Source of the DNA: Camelus ferus
Lineage: Eukaryota
Assembly (NCBI RefSeq): GCF_009834535.1
Contig: NC_045705.1
Coordinates: 55,738,001 to 55,802,000 of the forward strand
DNA: 64,000 nucleotides
Reading direction: 5' to 3'
Part shown: in pieces, positions 62,291 to 64,000 of the stretch
Layout: each line of letters begins with the position of its first letter
Position numbering within the stretch: the stretch's first letter is position 1
Made by a program: the position numbers and the translations under genes
The notes under the pieces: model-generated
Told to the model about the DNA's origin: nothing
Database searches by the model: none
What the model saw: the letters and a program-made list of their open reading frames with translations, nothing else

Positions 62291-64000
62291 TGCAGGCCTT
62301 GCAGAGAGGAAAATATTCCCTTCAGGTCATGCAATAGGGTCTCTAGTCCTGTAGAAGTTGCTTCTGAGTGTGCTACCTGTTCATAAGATGTTTATCAGTC
62401 TTGACTTCCAGTGACAGCAAAGATGGTAATTTAGTCATTCCCTGGAGATTTCTAGGCACGGGAGAATACAGTGTATACAGAAAAACTCAATGTATTATTC
62501 CGAGTTGATTATATATAAGGCTTTGAACAATATATACTAGGGACACAACAATATATGCAGAATAGACCCGGTTGATGTTCTTAGAAATTATATAACCAAA
62601 AAAAAAAAAAAAGACAAAATCAACAAAGAAAGCACTATATTTGAATAGCACCCTATTAACACAGGCAACTTACAGGGTGTTTTTCATGGTGCTCCTTATC
62701 TTGACTGCTGATATCGAGGGCAGATGTAAAGGTTTCCCAGCAAGTATGAAACCTAAAAGATCAATGGAAAATTGATTCTAAGCTGTGTTGGAAGAGCAAG
62801 TATGAACAGCCTACGGCAAACAAGGAAACAGTTAATAAATAAATAAGCAAATAAATAAAATAAAATAGACAGTTGATTTGAGGGAATAACTAATATTAAC
62901 TCAGTATGCCTGGGAGGAAAATTCAGTTGATAAACCTCTGGAGACTTTGGGAAGCTACAAAAAATGGTAAGAGTTCATTATAGGTGTTCATCTCCAAAAC
63001 ACATACACCTGGAAATCCATGTTGCCTAGCATCTGAATACCTTAGCTACTGATGTGCTGAGTCTCAAAGAATTCAAAATTTCATAATATGGATTCGAAAC
63101 TTATCCTTAAAAGGTAGATTTTATGATTAACATTTGAGAGCACTAGTTTTCAACAGTACAACACAAACTACTGTTGGCATATCACCTATTTGGAGATATA
63201 AGGATAGAAATTGGTTATTTAGGAAAGTTCAAGGAGAATATTTTTTGAAAGCTGCAGAGTCTGATGAGATTTAACAAAAGTGAGAAGTCTCTGTGACATT
63301 CAAACGTTAAGGTATCATCTAGTGCCGGCAGCCAATCTCTAGGAGTATAAAAATTGTGCCTTGGTGGCATCAGCCGAAGAGAAATGGGGCCACTTTCTAT
63401 TACGGTTTGTATGGACTATCCATCTCACATGCTTTGAAAAGAATATCTTGGTGTGAATTTAATGCATGACTCCTAGGACCCTTTTCCACTACAAGAAAAA
63501 AAAAATGTCTGCAAGATTACTGGGCCTTCATCTTCAGAAGAATTTTGTTCAAATGCCAGCTCTGCTACTTAGTAACAACAATGATACTGGGGAAGTCACT
63601 TAACCGTGGGCTTTGGTTTTATTATATTTAAATGGTACTAGTATTTGCCTTGGCCAGTCATGCTCTTCACACAGGGTGTGAGAATAGAATGGCGTTTCCA
63701 ACAGGAAAGTGTTTTGCAAGGGTTAAATTATTCTTCACTTTCCAAGTTTTGTTACTATTACTGAGAAGAGACTCCTTTCTCTCTGTCTGGTGGGTATACA
63801 CCAGTGTTATTCATTCACCCTGAGATGTGTCAAGTGTTCTTAAGAAGCCTGGAGAACAGGTATCAGATGATGGGGTTTTGAGGAGGCTGGATTTGATTGT
63901 CACTGGAAGTATTAAACTAGAGGTCATCTGAGCAGCGGATAAAAGATAATGTGTCTGAGTGAAAAGGAAAAAGAGATGAGGAGCATTGTGAGTGAGGGTG

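Noticed and set aside
1-64000. CRISPR arrays, rRNA, NUMTs, processed pseudogenes, globin genes
   Set aside because: None recognised by eye. Globin genes are expected beyond the right edge by synteny but are not in this window.

Overview
Mammalian genomic DNA, almost certainly camelid (two Vic-1-type tRNA-derived SINEs; L1 3' ends of artiodactyl type). The window covers part of the class I (family 51) olfactory receptor cluster that lies 5' of the beta-globin locus. Gene order and strands are the mirror image of human chr11p15.4: OR51I1 (3' part, +), OR51K1-like (+), OR51Q1 (-), OR51J1 (-), a decayed OR51 pseudogene (-), OR51M1 (-), an OR51B pseudogene (-) and OR51B6 (-). By synteny the globin LCR lies beyond the right edge. 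Five OR ORFs are complete, one is partial and gapped, and two are pseudogenes. Intergenic DNA holds L1, L2, MIR, Tigger1, MER5A, SINEs, four solo LTRs and a composite ERV1 block at 43.9-49.3 kb. Four N-runs hide sequence. I find no solid evidence for a wholly new biological system. The best leads are: a CTCF core plus upstream module created inside the TM3 codons of a CpG-rich OR pseudogene; a second CTCF motif at the syntenic position of globin HS-111/HS-62; a local patch of AT-to-GC biased substitution near a young ERV2 solo LTR; and a back-to-back ERV fusion. Orthologue names, repeat consensus comparisons and motif matches come from recalled sequences judged by eye, not from database searches.
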